Shown piece by piece: positions 29,627 to 38,936 of a stretch of DNA of 64,000 bases. The stretch comes from an uncultured delta proteobacterium. Its GTDB lineage: Bacteria > Desulfobacterota > Binatia > Binatales > Binataceae. The stretch spans positions 224,001-288,000 of the forward strand of contig CAWCDG010000004.1 in assembly GCA_963794325.1 (NCBI GenBank), given 5' to 3'. Every line of letters starts with the position of its first letter. Position 1 is the stretch's first letter. Both the position numbers and the translations under genes were made by a program. The notes under the pieces were generated by a model. The model made no database searches. It had not been told where the DNA came from and worked only from the letters and a program-made list of their open reading frames with translations.

Positions 29627-30669
29627 TTAAAGATGTGACGGATGCGTCGGCTCGTGATCGTGCGGCGGGTGCGGCGGCGGTTCGCCCATCTCGGCGCCTT
29701 CGTGATCTAGCATCGCCCAGCGCTCGACCAGTTTGACGCCGAGTCCGCGATGACTTCGGATGAAGTACGTCGCCATCGCGATCAGCGCCAGGATGTTTCC
29801 GGCGACGATCTTCCACCATCCAAGTGCTTCGAGCGCCGACTGATCGATCAGAGAAACGAATCCGACAAAGAAAACCTCGAACACTGCCAGTAGCAACAGC
29901 GCGCCGAGGACCATGAACGGTTCCCACTCCGACGCCGCCAGCAAAACCGCCAGCGCCAGCCCGAACATGACGAACGCGAAGAAGTGCAGAATCGAGTAGC
30001 CGAGCACCAGCGCCAGCGTCGGCTGGATACCGTCGTCTAACGCTCGCGTTTGCGAAATACCATCGCGCCGAGAATCGCCGGAGTGTGAAATGAATTGCCC
30101 GACGCGAGGTCGTAAGCCATGAACCAGATAGCGACGACGATGCCACCGATCAGTCCCGCCGTAATTCCCTCGCGCGCAACTGCGATCCATCCGCCGAGCA
30201 GATCGAACGCAAGGATGGGATGCCGCCAGAAAAAATATGTAAGCATCGCGGCCGTGGCGAGCAAATTGCCGACGATGATCCCCCACCAGGTCAACTCCAC
30301 CATCACGTTCGGCCCAAGGAACAGCACGACTGCGATGAAGAAGACCTCGAACGCGACGAAAAAAATCACCAGCGAGAAAAGCAGCGACGATTCGGTCTCG
30401 CACGCTTCGAGCAGCAATCCTCCGGCGATGCCGAACGTGATGAACGCGCCGAAATGGAGCAGCGAATACTCCAACGCCAGCACCGCCAACCCGTGCTGAA
30501 CTTCGTGACTATGGGACCCGTGCAGAATCGTCGCGGCGAGCAGCGCGGGAGTTTGGAGTGCGTGGCCGCGAATCAGATCGAAGAGCAGGAACCAGACGGC
30601 GACCACGACGGCGCCGATGATTCCGGCGACTGCGCCGTCGATGATGATCCGCGTCCTCGAATGCTCCAT
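29627..30669 (-). pseudogene. Two-repeat polytopic membrane protein split by a frameshift near 30050 (or assembly error)
   Basis: The second repeat starts in ORF 30037-30669 and continues (YSILHFFAF, FEVFF, WWKIVAGN) in ORF 29627-30403. Confidence 0.7.
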
Positions 30670-30750
30670 GCCCCAACTTCTAACGCACAAGATCAGCGCC
30701 CGGCAAGCGAGTGATTTTGCTCGAAACCTGCGGCATCACGAGACCGAATT

Positions 30751-31173
30751 TCACCGGGTGAAACTGGAAACGTCCGATCGGTTTGCACCCGGCCACTGCA
30801 TCGGGACGAACCAGAAAGACAGGAGCACCAGCGCGCCGAAGGTCAGGTAGACGATCGTGAACACCCAGGGCGGGGCCTGGTAGAAGATCATCGAATCGAG
30901 CCAGTATCCGACGAAATCGCGCGAGTAGCCCGACTCGCCTCCTTTTACTCGCAGGAGATTCTCCCAGATCGTGAGCGGACAGGTTACGCCGGCGAGCGCC
31001 TCGGCGCAGACCAACCCGATCATTGCCAGGTGCACTACGCGAAAATAGAAGTTTCGGACCCAATGCCATCCTGCCGCCCCGCCGACCAGAATCGCCACGA
31101 ATCCGACGACCACGAACGCGACGTAACCGGCGTGAATCACGGTTACGAGGTCGGCTGCCACCAGCCATAACAT
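30751..31173 (-). CDS. DUF2784 membrane protein
   Basis: ADLVTVIH, FRVVH, CPLTIWENLLR. Confidence 0.85.
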   Translation of the reverse strand: MLWLVAADLVTVIHAGYVAFVVVGFVAILVGGAAGWHWVRNFYFRVVHLAMIGLVCAEALAGVTCPLTIWENLLRVKGGESGYSRDFVGYWLDSMIFYQAPPWVFTIVYLTFGALVLLSFWFVPMQWPGANRSDVSSFTR

Positions 31174-31177
31174 TGTC

Positions 31178-32002
31178 TTACGAGGATGCGATGCTTCGCG
31201 TCCGCACGACGCGCAGCTCCGGCATCGCCGACGCGGGCATCACCGGTATGTCGCTGTCTTCGCGCTGCTGCCATCGGTAGAAGATGAACGTGAAAATGAA
31301 CATCAGGTAGGTGCCCTGCCCGACCCACATGATCAGCCCGCCCAGCACCTGGTCGTCCATCGGGTTGAGGCCCCATCCATGCGCGCCCTCGCTGTACCAC
31401 GGATAGATGACGCGGGTCGCGAGCGTGATCGGCGCGGCCACCGCGGTCATCGGGATCATCAGGAGGAACAGGTAGAGGATTTGCGCCGGATACGAGAGCC
31501 GCGGCATCTCGGGTAGCGGACTGAGGATCGGCCACCACAACAGAATGCCGGCGGCCATGAAGAGTAGATGCACGAAGATGTGAAAATCTTCGTCGCGGCA
31601 CATCCGGTCGAAGATTGGTGGAAAATGCGCGGTGACAAACACCGCCGAGAAAATCAGGAACGCGACTACCGGCGTCGTGAGTATGCGCGCGACGGGCTTG
31701 ATCGGCCGGCTCAGAATGAACGGCCTCAGCATCCAGCCCGGCGTCCCCAGCAGCAACAGCGGCGGAATCAGGAGGGTCTGCATCAGATGCTGCAGCATGT
31801 GCATCGAGAAGATCCGCGCGTCGGCGAGTTCATCCAGCTCGGTATGCGTGAACAGGATTACGCCCATCGCCATCGCGAACCACATCGCCTGACGCCGGGT
31901 CGGTCTGCGGCCAGTCAGGCGGCACGCGCCAACGTAAATCGCGATCAGAACCGCGACTCCAATCGGGATGCTCGGATGTTCGCCGAAGATGTCCATCGTC
32001 AA
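31178..32002 (-). CDS. ctaG: caa3-type CtaG oxidase assembly factor
   Basis: FSMHMLQHL..PPLLLLG, H..F...GILLWWPI, DQVLGGLIMW. Confidence 0.85.
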   Translation of the reverse strand: MTMDIFGEHPSIPIGVAVLIAIYVGACRLTGRRPTRRQAMWFAMAMGVILFTHTELDELADARIFSMHMLQHLMQTLLIPPLLLLGTPGWMLRPFILSRPIKPVARILTTPVVAFLIFSAVFVTAHFPPIFDRMCRDEDFHIFVHLLFMAAGILLWWPILSPLPEMPRLSYPAQILYLFLLMIPMTAVAAPITLATRVIYPWYSEGAHGWGLNPMDDQVLGGLIMWVGQGTYLMFIFTFIFYRWQQREDSDIPVMPASAMPELRVVRTRSIASS

Positions 32003-32011
32003 AAACGGCCG

Positions 32012-32341
32012 CTATCCGATCGGCGTCATGTGCCCCGACAGGTACGCAAACAGCAGGATTAGCGACACCATCAGCACCGTCGCGATCATCAGCGGGAAGA
32101 CGAACACTCCCGTCAGCAGCCAGCCGTCGTACTTCAGATGCATGTAGAACATCGCGACCAGCGCGAACTTGGCCGCCGCCAGCACGATCAACACCGGCAC
32201 CAGCACGGGCCGGAGCGCATGCACATAGAAGACGGTGATCTCCATCGCCGTCAGGACGACCAGGAACACCGCGATGATGAGATAGGTGGCGGAACCGGGA
32301 TGATGAACCTGCGCGCTGTGGGTGTCTGCTATGTCGCTCAT
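32012..32341 (-). CDS. Cytochrome c oxidase subunit IV
   Basis: LVVLTAMEI, AKFALVAMFYMHLKYD. Confidence 0.9.
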   Translation of the reverse strand: MSDIADTHSAQVHHPGSATYLIIAVFLVVLTAMEITVFYVHALRPVLVPVLIVLAAAKFALVAMFYMHLKYDGWLLTGVFVFPLMIATVLMVSLILLFAYLSGHMTPIG

Positions 32342-34806
32342 GCTCCGGGCACCGCCTGCATCAGATAGACGAGGGTAAAAATTATGATCCACACGACATC
32401 GACGAAATGCCAATAGAGTCCCGCGAGCTCGACCGACAGCGCGCGCGACTGCCCGAGCTTATCCGTCATCGCGGCGACCAGCAGCACCGACAGCCACAGC
32501 ACCCCGATTGCAACGTGCGCGCCGTGAAATCCAACCAGCACAAAGAACGACTGCGAGAACAGGTTGGTCGTCAGCCCCATGCCTTCGTGATAGAAGCTGG
32601 TGAATTCGTAAACTTGCCCGCACAGAAAAATCAGCCCGAACAGAACCGTGCCGCCGAGCCAGATTCGCTCCCATCGTTTGTCGCCGCGCTGCGTGGCCGC
32701 GAGCGCCAGCACCATCAGCAACGAACTCATCAGCAAGATGAAGGTGCTGAACGAGGTCAGCGGGATGTTGAGGATTTCGGGTCCAGGTCCGGTGACACTG
32801 CGCGATTTGTAAATGATGAACGTCGAGATCAGGCTCGCGAAGAACACGCATTCCGAGCCGATGAAAGACCAGACGCCGATCTTGCGCACGTCGATCCCGC
32901 CCGACGACGGCGCATGCTCCGGATCGTGCGACTCCTGGCCGAAGTTCGCGTACTCGAATCCCATCCCAATGATCGACATGACGACGACCGCCACGCCTAT
33001 AAGAACGATGCGATACCAGTCGATGATGAGCCCGAGCCCCATCATGCCGACACCGAGACTGATCACCAGCGGAAAGATCGAAGGCTCCGGCATGTGAATG
33101 TCCGTGGCCGGCGGAGTCGGCTGCGGTTGCGACGGCGCCTGACCTGACATGTATGCAGCGACGCCGCGCGAACCGGCGCGCCCGTATTTCAGAATCCACC
33201 ACGCGTCGCGTCCGCGGATCTGAGGAAGCGTCGCAAAGTTGTATGCCGGCGGCGGCGACGGCGTGGACCATTCCAGGCTGCGTCCGTCCCACGGATCAGC
33301 AGGCGCGCGTTCCCCGCTCGCGAGGCTCCAGAAAATGTTGATGTAGAAAAGCAGGAAGGCGATGCCGAGAATGAACGCGCCAACCGTCTCGAGCTGATTG
33401 AGATGGGTCCAGCCCATGTCGGCGCCGTAGGTGTAGGTGCGACGCGGCATCCCCCACATCCCAAGAAAGTGCATCGGGAAAAACGTCAGGTTGAATCCGA
33501 CGACCGTCAGCCAGAAATGCCACTTGCCAATCCGCTCGCCCAGCATGCGGCCGCTGATCTTCGGCCACCAGTAGTAAAACGCCGCGAGGATCGCGAACAT
33601 CGTGCCGCCGAACAGTACGTAGTGAAAATGTGCGACGACGAAGTACGAATCGGTCTGCTGAAGATCGAGCGGCGCCGACGCGTGCATGATTCCGCTGAGT
33701 CCGCCGATGGTGAATTCGAGCACCATCCCAAGCGCGAAGTAGAATGCGGTCGTCATGCGCAGCGAGCCGCCCCAGACCGTCGCGATCCAACTGAAGATTT
33801 TTACGCCAGTGGGAATCGCTATCAGCATCGAGGTGATCGCGAACGCCGAGTCCGCAACCGGGCCCATGCCGGTCGCGAACATGTGATGTCCCCACACTCC
33901 GTACGACAGGAATGCGATCAGGCAAATCGAATACGCCATCATCGGATAGCCGAACAGCGGCTTGCGCGAAAACGTCGGTACGACTTCCGAAATGATCCCG
34001 AAGGCCGGTAGCGCCATTATGTACACCTCGGGGTGTCCAAACAGCCAGAATAAGTGCTGCCACAGAATCGGCGTCGCGCCCGCGGATGCGATGTAGAAGT
34101 GGGTATCGAAGAAACGATCGAAGAGCAGAAAGATCAGACCGATCGTGAGCGGTGGAAACGCGATCAGGATCAGGATCGACGTTACCAGCATCGACCACAT
34201 AAACATCGGCATGCGCATATACGTCATGCCGGGCGCGCGCATCGCGATGATCGTCGTCAGGAAATTCAGGCCGGTGAGGACCGTCGAACTTCCCGACACC
34301 AGCAGCCCGACCACCCACCAGTCGATCGCGAGACCCGGCGTGAAGTACCGCTCGGTGAGGTTCGCGTAACCGAACCATCCCGCGTCGGGGAGTCCGCCGC
34401 GAATCCAGCCGAGATGCAGCAGGATGCCCGCGATCAGCGCCATCCAGAAGCTCAACGCATTGAGCCGCGGAAACGCAACATCGCGCGCGCCGATCTGTAG
34501 AGGGATCAAAAAGTTGCCGAGAAATCCGAGCAGCAGCGGCATAACGACCAGGAAGATCATGGTCGTTCCATGCATCGTGAAAAACGCGTTGTAGGTCGCC
34601 GCCGACAGCACGTGATTGTCGGGGGACCACAGCTGTACGCGAATCGCCATCGCTTCGAGTCCGCCGAACGCCATGAAGAACAGCGCACTGGCGAGATACA
34701 TGACGGCAACGCGTTTGTGATCGATCGTCGTCAGCCATCCGATGACGCCGCCGCCTTCGAGGTAGCTCGGCTGATGCACTGGCAAAGGTTTCGGTTGCGC
34801 AGCCAT
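32338..34806 (-). CDS. ctaD: Cytochrome c oxidase subunit I + III fusion (A1 type)
   Basis: TMHGT, WLFGHPEVY, WGHH, VVAHFHYV; then SECVFF, GFHGAHV, YWHFVD. Confidence 0.96.
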   Translation of the reverse strand: MAAQPKPLPVHQPSYLEGGGVIGWLTTIDHKRVAVMYLASALFFMAFGGLEAMAIRVQLWSPDNHVLSAATYNAFFTMHGTTMIFLVVMPLLLGFLGNFLIPLQIGARDVAFPRLNALSFWMALIAGILLHLGWIRGGLPDAGWFGYANLTERYFTPGLAIDWWVVGLLVSGSSTVLTGLNFLTTIIAMRAPGMTYMRMPMFMWSMLVTSILILIAFPPLTIGLIFLLFDRFFDTHFYIASAGATPILWQHLFWLFGHPEVYIMALPAFGIISEVVPTFSRKPLFGYPMMAYSICLIAFLSYGVWGHHMFATGMGPVADSAFAITSMLIAIPTGVKIFSWIATVWGGSLRMTTAFYFALGMVLEFTIGGLSGIMHASAPLDLQQTDSYFVVAHFHYVLFGGTMFAILAAFYYWWPKISGRMLGERIGKWHFWLTVVGFNLTFFPMHFLGMWGMPRRTYTYGADMGWTHLNQLETVGAFILGIAFLLFYINIFWSLASGERAPADPWDGRSLEWSTPSPPPAYNFATLPQIRGRDAWWILKYGRAGSRGVAAYMSGQAPSQPQPTPPATDIHMPEPSIFPLVISLGVGMMGLGLIIDWYRIVLIGVAVVVMSIIGMGFEYANFGQESHDPEHAPSSGGIDVRKIGVWSFIGSECVFFASLISTFIIYKSRSVTGPGPEILNIPLTSFSTFILLMSSLLMVLALAATQRGDKRWERIWLGGTVLFGLIFLCGQVYEFTSFYHEGMGLTTNLFSQSFFVLVGFHGAHVAIGVLWLSVLLVAAMTDKLGQSRALSVELAGLYWHFVDVVWIIIFTLVYLMQAVPGA

Positions 34807-34816
34807 TCGACGCTCC

Positions 34817-35845
34817 CTATTTCAGACTCTCTAGATATGCGACCAGCGCGACCAGCTCCGGCCCCGGCAGCAGCAGCGGCGGCATGTTCGCGCCCGGTTT
34901 GATTTCATCCGGATTCTCGATCCACTTCGCGACGTTCTCCGGCGTGTTCTTCAGCACCCCTGCGGCCAGGGTCGTGCGGCTGCCAAAATGGGTCAGGTCA
35001 GGTCCTATGTATCCCTTCGAGATTCCCTTGATCGTGTGGCAGGTCGTGCACGGACTGTCGGCAAAAACTTTCGCACCGTCCGACGCCAACTGATCGCTCG
35101 CCGGAGTCGCGACCGGCCCGGCAAGCTGCTCCTCGTCCCACTTCGCAAAAGCCTCCGGCGAATCGACGAACGTTCGAAACCGCATGTTCGCATGCGACAA
35201 TCCGCAGAACTCCGCGCATTGTCCCGGATACATTCCCGGCACCGTCGCGACGAAGGTCAGTTCATTGATTTGGCCGGGCACCACGTCGCGCTTGCCGCCG
35301 AGTTGCGGCACCCAAAAGCTATGTATGATGTCGGCGGACTCCAGCGACAGGCGAATCGGCCGGTTCAGGGGAATATGCAGTTCGTTGCTGGCCTTCGCGC
35401 CGTCGGGATAGTCGAACTCCCACCACCATTGATGCGCGACCACTTTGATCAGGAGCGCGCCTTTCGGTGCGACCGCCGGCTGCGAACGAAAGATCGTGCG
35501 TATGGTCGGCACCGATATCATCAACAAAACCAGCGTGGGGCCGAGCGTCCATGCGATTTCGAGTCCGAGGTCGGACGACGCGGTCGAAGCCGGGGCCGCT
35601 TCACCGACTCGGGAAGAGAAGAAGAACACCGCCAGGATGAACGAGCCAACCACGATCGCGAAAATGATCGCGTCCCAGATTGTTACCTGGATGTAGAGAC
35701 TCTGAATCCACTGCGCGAGGTCAGACTTCGGCGCGAGCGTGGTCATCGGCCGGTCCTTGTCTGAGCATCCCGCAATAGTCAGTGCAATAGCCACTCGCAT
35801 AGCTACTGAGGCGGCCGAATACCAGTTTGAACAGCGTCTGATCAT
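34817..35845 (-). CDS. ctaC: Cytochrome c oxidase subunit II with C-terminal cytochrome c (caa3)
   Basis: Lipobox IAGC; HQWWW, DIIHSFW, CAEFCGLSHANM; CTTCH...M. Confidence 0.95.
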   Translation of the reverse strand: MIRRCSNWYSAASVAMRVAIALTIAGCSDKDRPMTTLAPKSDLAQWIQSLYIQVTIWDAIIFAIVVGSFILAVFFFSSRVGEAAPASTASSDLGLEIAWTLGPTLVLLMISVPTIRTIFRSQPAVAPKGALLIKVVAHQWWWEFDYPDGAKASNELHIPLNRPIRLSLESADIIHSFWVPQLGGKRDVVPGQINELTFVATVPGMYPGQCAEFCGLSHANMRFRTFVDSPEAFAKWDEEQLAGPVATPASDQLASDGAKVFADSPCTTCHTIKGISKGYIGPDLTHFGSRTTLAAGVLKNTPENVAKWIENPDEIKPGANMPPLLLPGPELVALVAYLESLK

Positions 35846-37062
35846 TCGGCGTCATCTCCAAATGGTTCGCCGGAGGTCGCGGCCCGCGCGACGCGGTTGA
35901 GTCCCGGCACTGCCGAAATAAGAAATGCGCCGAGAAAACCGATCGAGATCAGAAACTGCGTCGGCCCAAACGGAATCGCGTCGAGCGAAAGCGAAGGAAC
36001 CACCAGCACATACCGCTCGAGCCACATCCCGACCAGCCCCAAAGCCGACACCGTGCCCAGAATCATCGGCGTCTTTTTGGTGCGTACGCTCATCAGCACG
36101 ATGAACGGGATCATCCAGATCAATACCAGGCACGCGCTCGATAGCGGCGACCACGGCATGTGATGTACCCGCTGAACAATGAAAAAAGTTTCGACCGGCA
36201 AGTCGCCGTACCAGATCACGATATACTGAGAGAACAGCAGGTAAATCCAGAAAACAGAGAATGCGAAGACCATCTTGCCGTAGTCGTGCATGACGGTGGG
36301 ATTAGTGAACAGGTTATGCTGGCCGAGGCGGCCGCGCAGCACGCTGGCTACCAGAGCCATCGCGCACAATCCGCTCCAGAAGGCGCCGGCGAAGAAATAC
36401 CAGCCGAATAGCGTGCTGCGCCAAACCGGCGCGAGCGACATGACCAGATCGAACGAGATCAGCGTGTAGACGACGGCGAACATCACCGCGACCAGCGGCG
36501 CGAGGACCCGTATCGAATGCGGCGGCAGCTCGATCGCGTCGGTCTCGATCGACCAGGCCCGCGCGTCCTCACGACGCGAGACGCGGATAAACGCGAAGCT
36601 CGCAGCGGCCATCACACCGAGCCCGATTCCATCGCGTGCAAACAGAAACGGTATGTTCAACCACGCGGCCTTTTGCGGGATCGGATGCGTTACCCATGGA
36701 AAGATTAACGCGCGGCCGAAATACAATCCGAAAAACAGAAAGAAGCCCACCCACAGGAACGGCGCGAACGCCTCGCCCAGCCGATACGGCGTCGAGCCGC
36801 CCCACTTCGCCTGCGTCAGGTAGAACGCCGCGGACGCGACCAGCGCACCCTGCGCGACGCCAAGGAAAAACAGCAGATTGACGAGATAGGCCTCCCACGC
36901 TAGCGCGGCGCTGCCTCGCATCAACGCAAACACGAACGCGATCGCACCGAGCGCAATCATCACAGCTCCAACCACCTGCATTGTCGCGCCGGCTATCGAC
37001 TCGACTGCTTGCGGCTTCGACGCCGCGCGCTCCCGATGCGCCTGTTGTAGGTTGGTGCTCAT
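35842..37062 (-). CDS. actF: Alternative complex III subunit F-like membrane protein
   Basis: WLNIPFLFAR, FDLVMSL.P.W.ST.FG, HDYGK..FAFSVFW.Y..FSQYIVIWYG. Confidence 0.85.
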   Translation of the reverse strand: MSTNLQQAHRERAASKPQAVESIAGATMQVVGAVMIALGAIAFVFALMRGSAALAWEAYLVNLLFFLGVAQGALVASAAFYLTQAKWGGSTPYRLGEAFAPFLWVGFFLFFGLYFGRALIFPWVTHPIPQKAAWLNIPFLFARDGIGLGVMAAASFAFIRVSRREDARAWSIETDAIELPPHSIRVLAPLVAVMFAVVYTLISFDLVMSLAPVWRSTLFGWYFFAGAFWSGLCAMALVASVLRGRLGQHNLFTNPTVMHDYGKMVFAFSVFWIYLLFSQYIVIWYGDLPVETFFIVQRVHHMPWSPLSSACLVLIWMIPFIVLMSVRTKKTPMILGTVSALGLVGMWLERYVLVVPSLSLDAIPFGPTQFLISIGFLGAFLISAVPGLNRVARAATSGEPFGDDAE

Positions 37063-37071
37063 CGTCGTTTA

Positions 37072-37581
37072 CTAAACGCCCTCGCGAACGACCTCTTCCG
37101 CGCCCGACTCCTTCATCATCGACTCGACGTGCGCCGCTTCCGCCTCGTCGCATCGAACAACGATTCCAAATCGATCTTCGCCGAAGCGCCCGTCGTATCC
37201 CGGGGCAGTCTCGGTCGCGGGAATGCCTGCCAGGCCCAGCACGCCGACGAATCCGAAGATTCCCCCGAGCAGCACCATCAACTCGAAACAAATTACGATG
37301 AACGGCGGCCATGACAGGAGCGGCTTGCCGCCCGCGTTGAGGCGCCATTCGTAAGTCGTCCCGATCGTAACCGCGAGCCCGGTGAGAACGCCGGAGATTC
37401 CGCCGGTGAGCACGATCCATCGCACCGGACTCTTCTTGCGTCCGATTGCATGCTCGATTCGATGACTCGGGATCGGCGAGAACGTATTGAACTCTCCGAC
37501 CTTCGCCGCGCGAAGCTCTTCAATTGCGTGCGCGCATTGAGCGTCATCGGCAAACGAACTTATGATCGCAATCGTGCTCAT
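37072..37581 (-). CDS. actD: Alternative complex III subunit D (DUF3341)
   Basis: FSPIP, GGKP..SWPPFIVICFELMVL, Y..RF..DRF. Confidence 0.88.
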   Translation of the reverse strand: MSTIAIISSFADDAQCAHAIEELRAAKVGEFNTFSPIPSHRIEHAIGRKKSPVRWIVLTGGISGVLTGLAVTIGTTYEWRLNAGGKPLLSWPPFIVICFELMVLLGGIFGFVGVLGLAGIPATETAPGYDGRFGEDRFGIVVRCDEAEAAHVESMMKESGAEEVVREGV

Positions 37582-38936
37582 GCGGCCTTGGCCCGATCCA
37601 TCTTCAAAGCCTTGCGCAGCCAGACGATTCCCTCTTTTAGTTCGGTCATCGAGATGATCGGCAGGAACCTCGAGAACAAAGAGAACAATCCCACGAACCA
37701 CGCGAAGCTGCCGACGGTGATCATGATTTCAGTTAGCGACGGATGGTACGGCCCCCACTGCGAAGGTTCGAAGTTCACCCTCAGCGAGCCCGCGATGATA
37801 ACAAAGCGCTCGAGCCACATGCCTATATTTATGAAAATTGAAATTATCCAGAGCGCGGTGAGGTTAACCCGGATGCGCGGAGAGAACAGCAGCAACGGAA
37901 TCAGGCAGTTGCACGAAACCATGGTCCAGAACAGCGGGCCCCATGGTCCGAAGTAGCGCATGTGAAACGTCATTTGCTCGATCGGATCGCCCGCATACCA
38001 GGTCATGAAACTTTCAGTCACGTACGAGTACGATACGACCAGCGAGGTCAGCAGGATGACCTTGGCGAGATTGTCGAAATGCCACTCGGTCAGTAGGTCC
38101 TCGATGCCCAGCAGCCTGCGCATCGGGACTAACAGCGTGATGACCATTGCGACCCCGGAAAAGATGGCGCCGGCGACGAAGTACGGCGCAAAGAGCGTAC
38201 TGTGCCAGCCGGGCAGTTGCGCCATCGCGAAGTCCCACGACACCACTGAATGGACCGACAGCACCAGCGGAGTAGCTAATCCCGCCATTAGCAAGTAAGC
38301 CATTGAGTAATGGCGCCACTGGCGATCGGTGCCCTGCCATCCCATCGCCAGGGCCGCGTAAAACTTCTTGCGCCAGCCAGTCGCGGACTCGCGCGCGTTC
38401 GCGATATCGGGAATCAGCCCCATCGTCCAGAACAGCGAGCTGATAGTCAGATAGGTACTAACTGCGAAAGCGTCCCATACCAGTGGTGAGCGGAAGTCGG
38501 GTTGCAGCGATCTCTCATTTGGATACGGCAATAGCCAGTAGAAAAACCACACGCGCCCAAGATGTATTAGTGGGAACAGTCCCGCAGTAGCTACTGCGAA
38601 TATAGTCATTGTCTCGGCGGCGCGATAAACCGCGGTACGCCACTTGGTGCGAAACAGAAATAGAATCGCGGAGATCAACGTTCCGGAGTGCGCGATACCG
38701 ACCCAGAAAACGAAGTTGGTAATGTAAATCGCCCACATAACGGGCTGGCGCAGACCAGTCACGCCCAATCCCGAATAGATTTGATGGGCCCAGAAGCCGG
38801 CCCCGATTCCCACCAGCGTGAAGCAGAATCCGATCCACGCCCAGTACGCGAGGCCCGCCGGTTCCATCACGCGCAGTACGCTGCGATCGACGTCGCGGTA
38901 GCTGGGCTCGGTATTTATTTTCGGCGCCGCTGCCAC
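37578..38936 (-). CDS. actC: Alternative complex III subunit C (NrfD/PsrC)
   Basis: YITNFVFWVGIAHSGTLISAIL, RSPLVWD, SVHSVVSWDF, PGWH. Confidence 0.93.
   Translation of the reverse strand: MAAAPKINTEPSYRDVDRSVLRVMEPAGLAYWAWIGFCFTLVGIGAGFWAHQIYSGLGVTGLRQPVMWAIYITNFVFWVGIAHSGTLISAILFLFRTKWRTAVYRAAETMTIFAVATAGLFPLIHLGRVWFFYWLLPYPNERSLQPDFRSPLVWDAFAVSTYLTISSLFWTMGLIPDIANARESATGWRKKFYAALAMGWQGTDRQWRHYSMAYLLMAGLATPLVLSVHSVVSWDFAMAQLPGWHSTLFAPYFVAGAIFSGVAMVITLLVPMRRLLGIEDLLTEWHFDNLAKVILLTSLVVSYSYVTESFMTWYAGDPIEQMTFHMRYFGPWGPLFWTMVSCNCLIPLLLFSPRIRVNLTALWIISIFINIGMWLERFVIIAGSLRVNFEPSQWGPYHPSLTEIMITVGSFAWFVGLFSLFSRFLPIISMTELKEGIVWLRKALKMDRAKAA

Noticed and set aside
30020-30070. Programmed -1 ribosomal frameshift
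   Set aside because: No X XXY YYZ slippery site; other indels in the window favour error or decay
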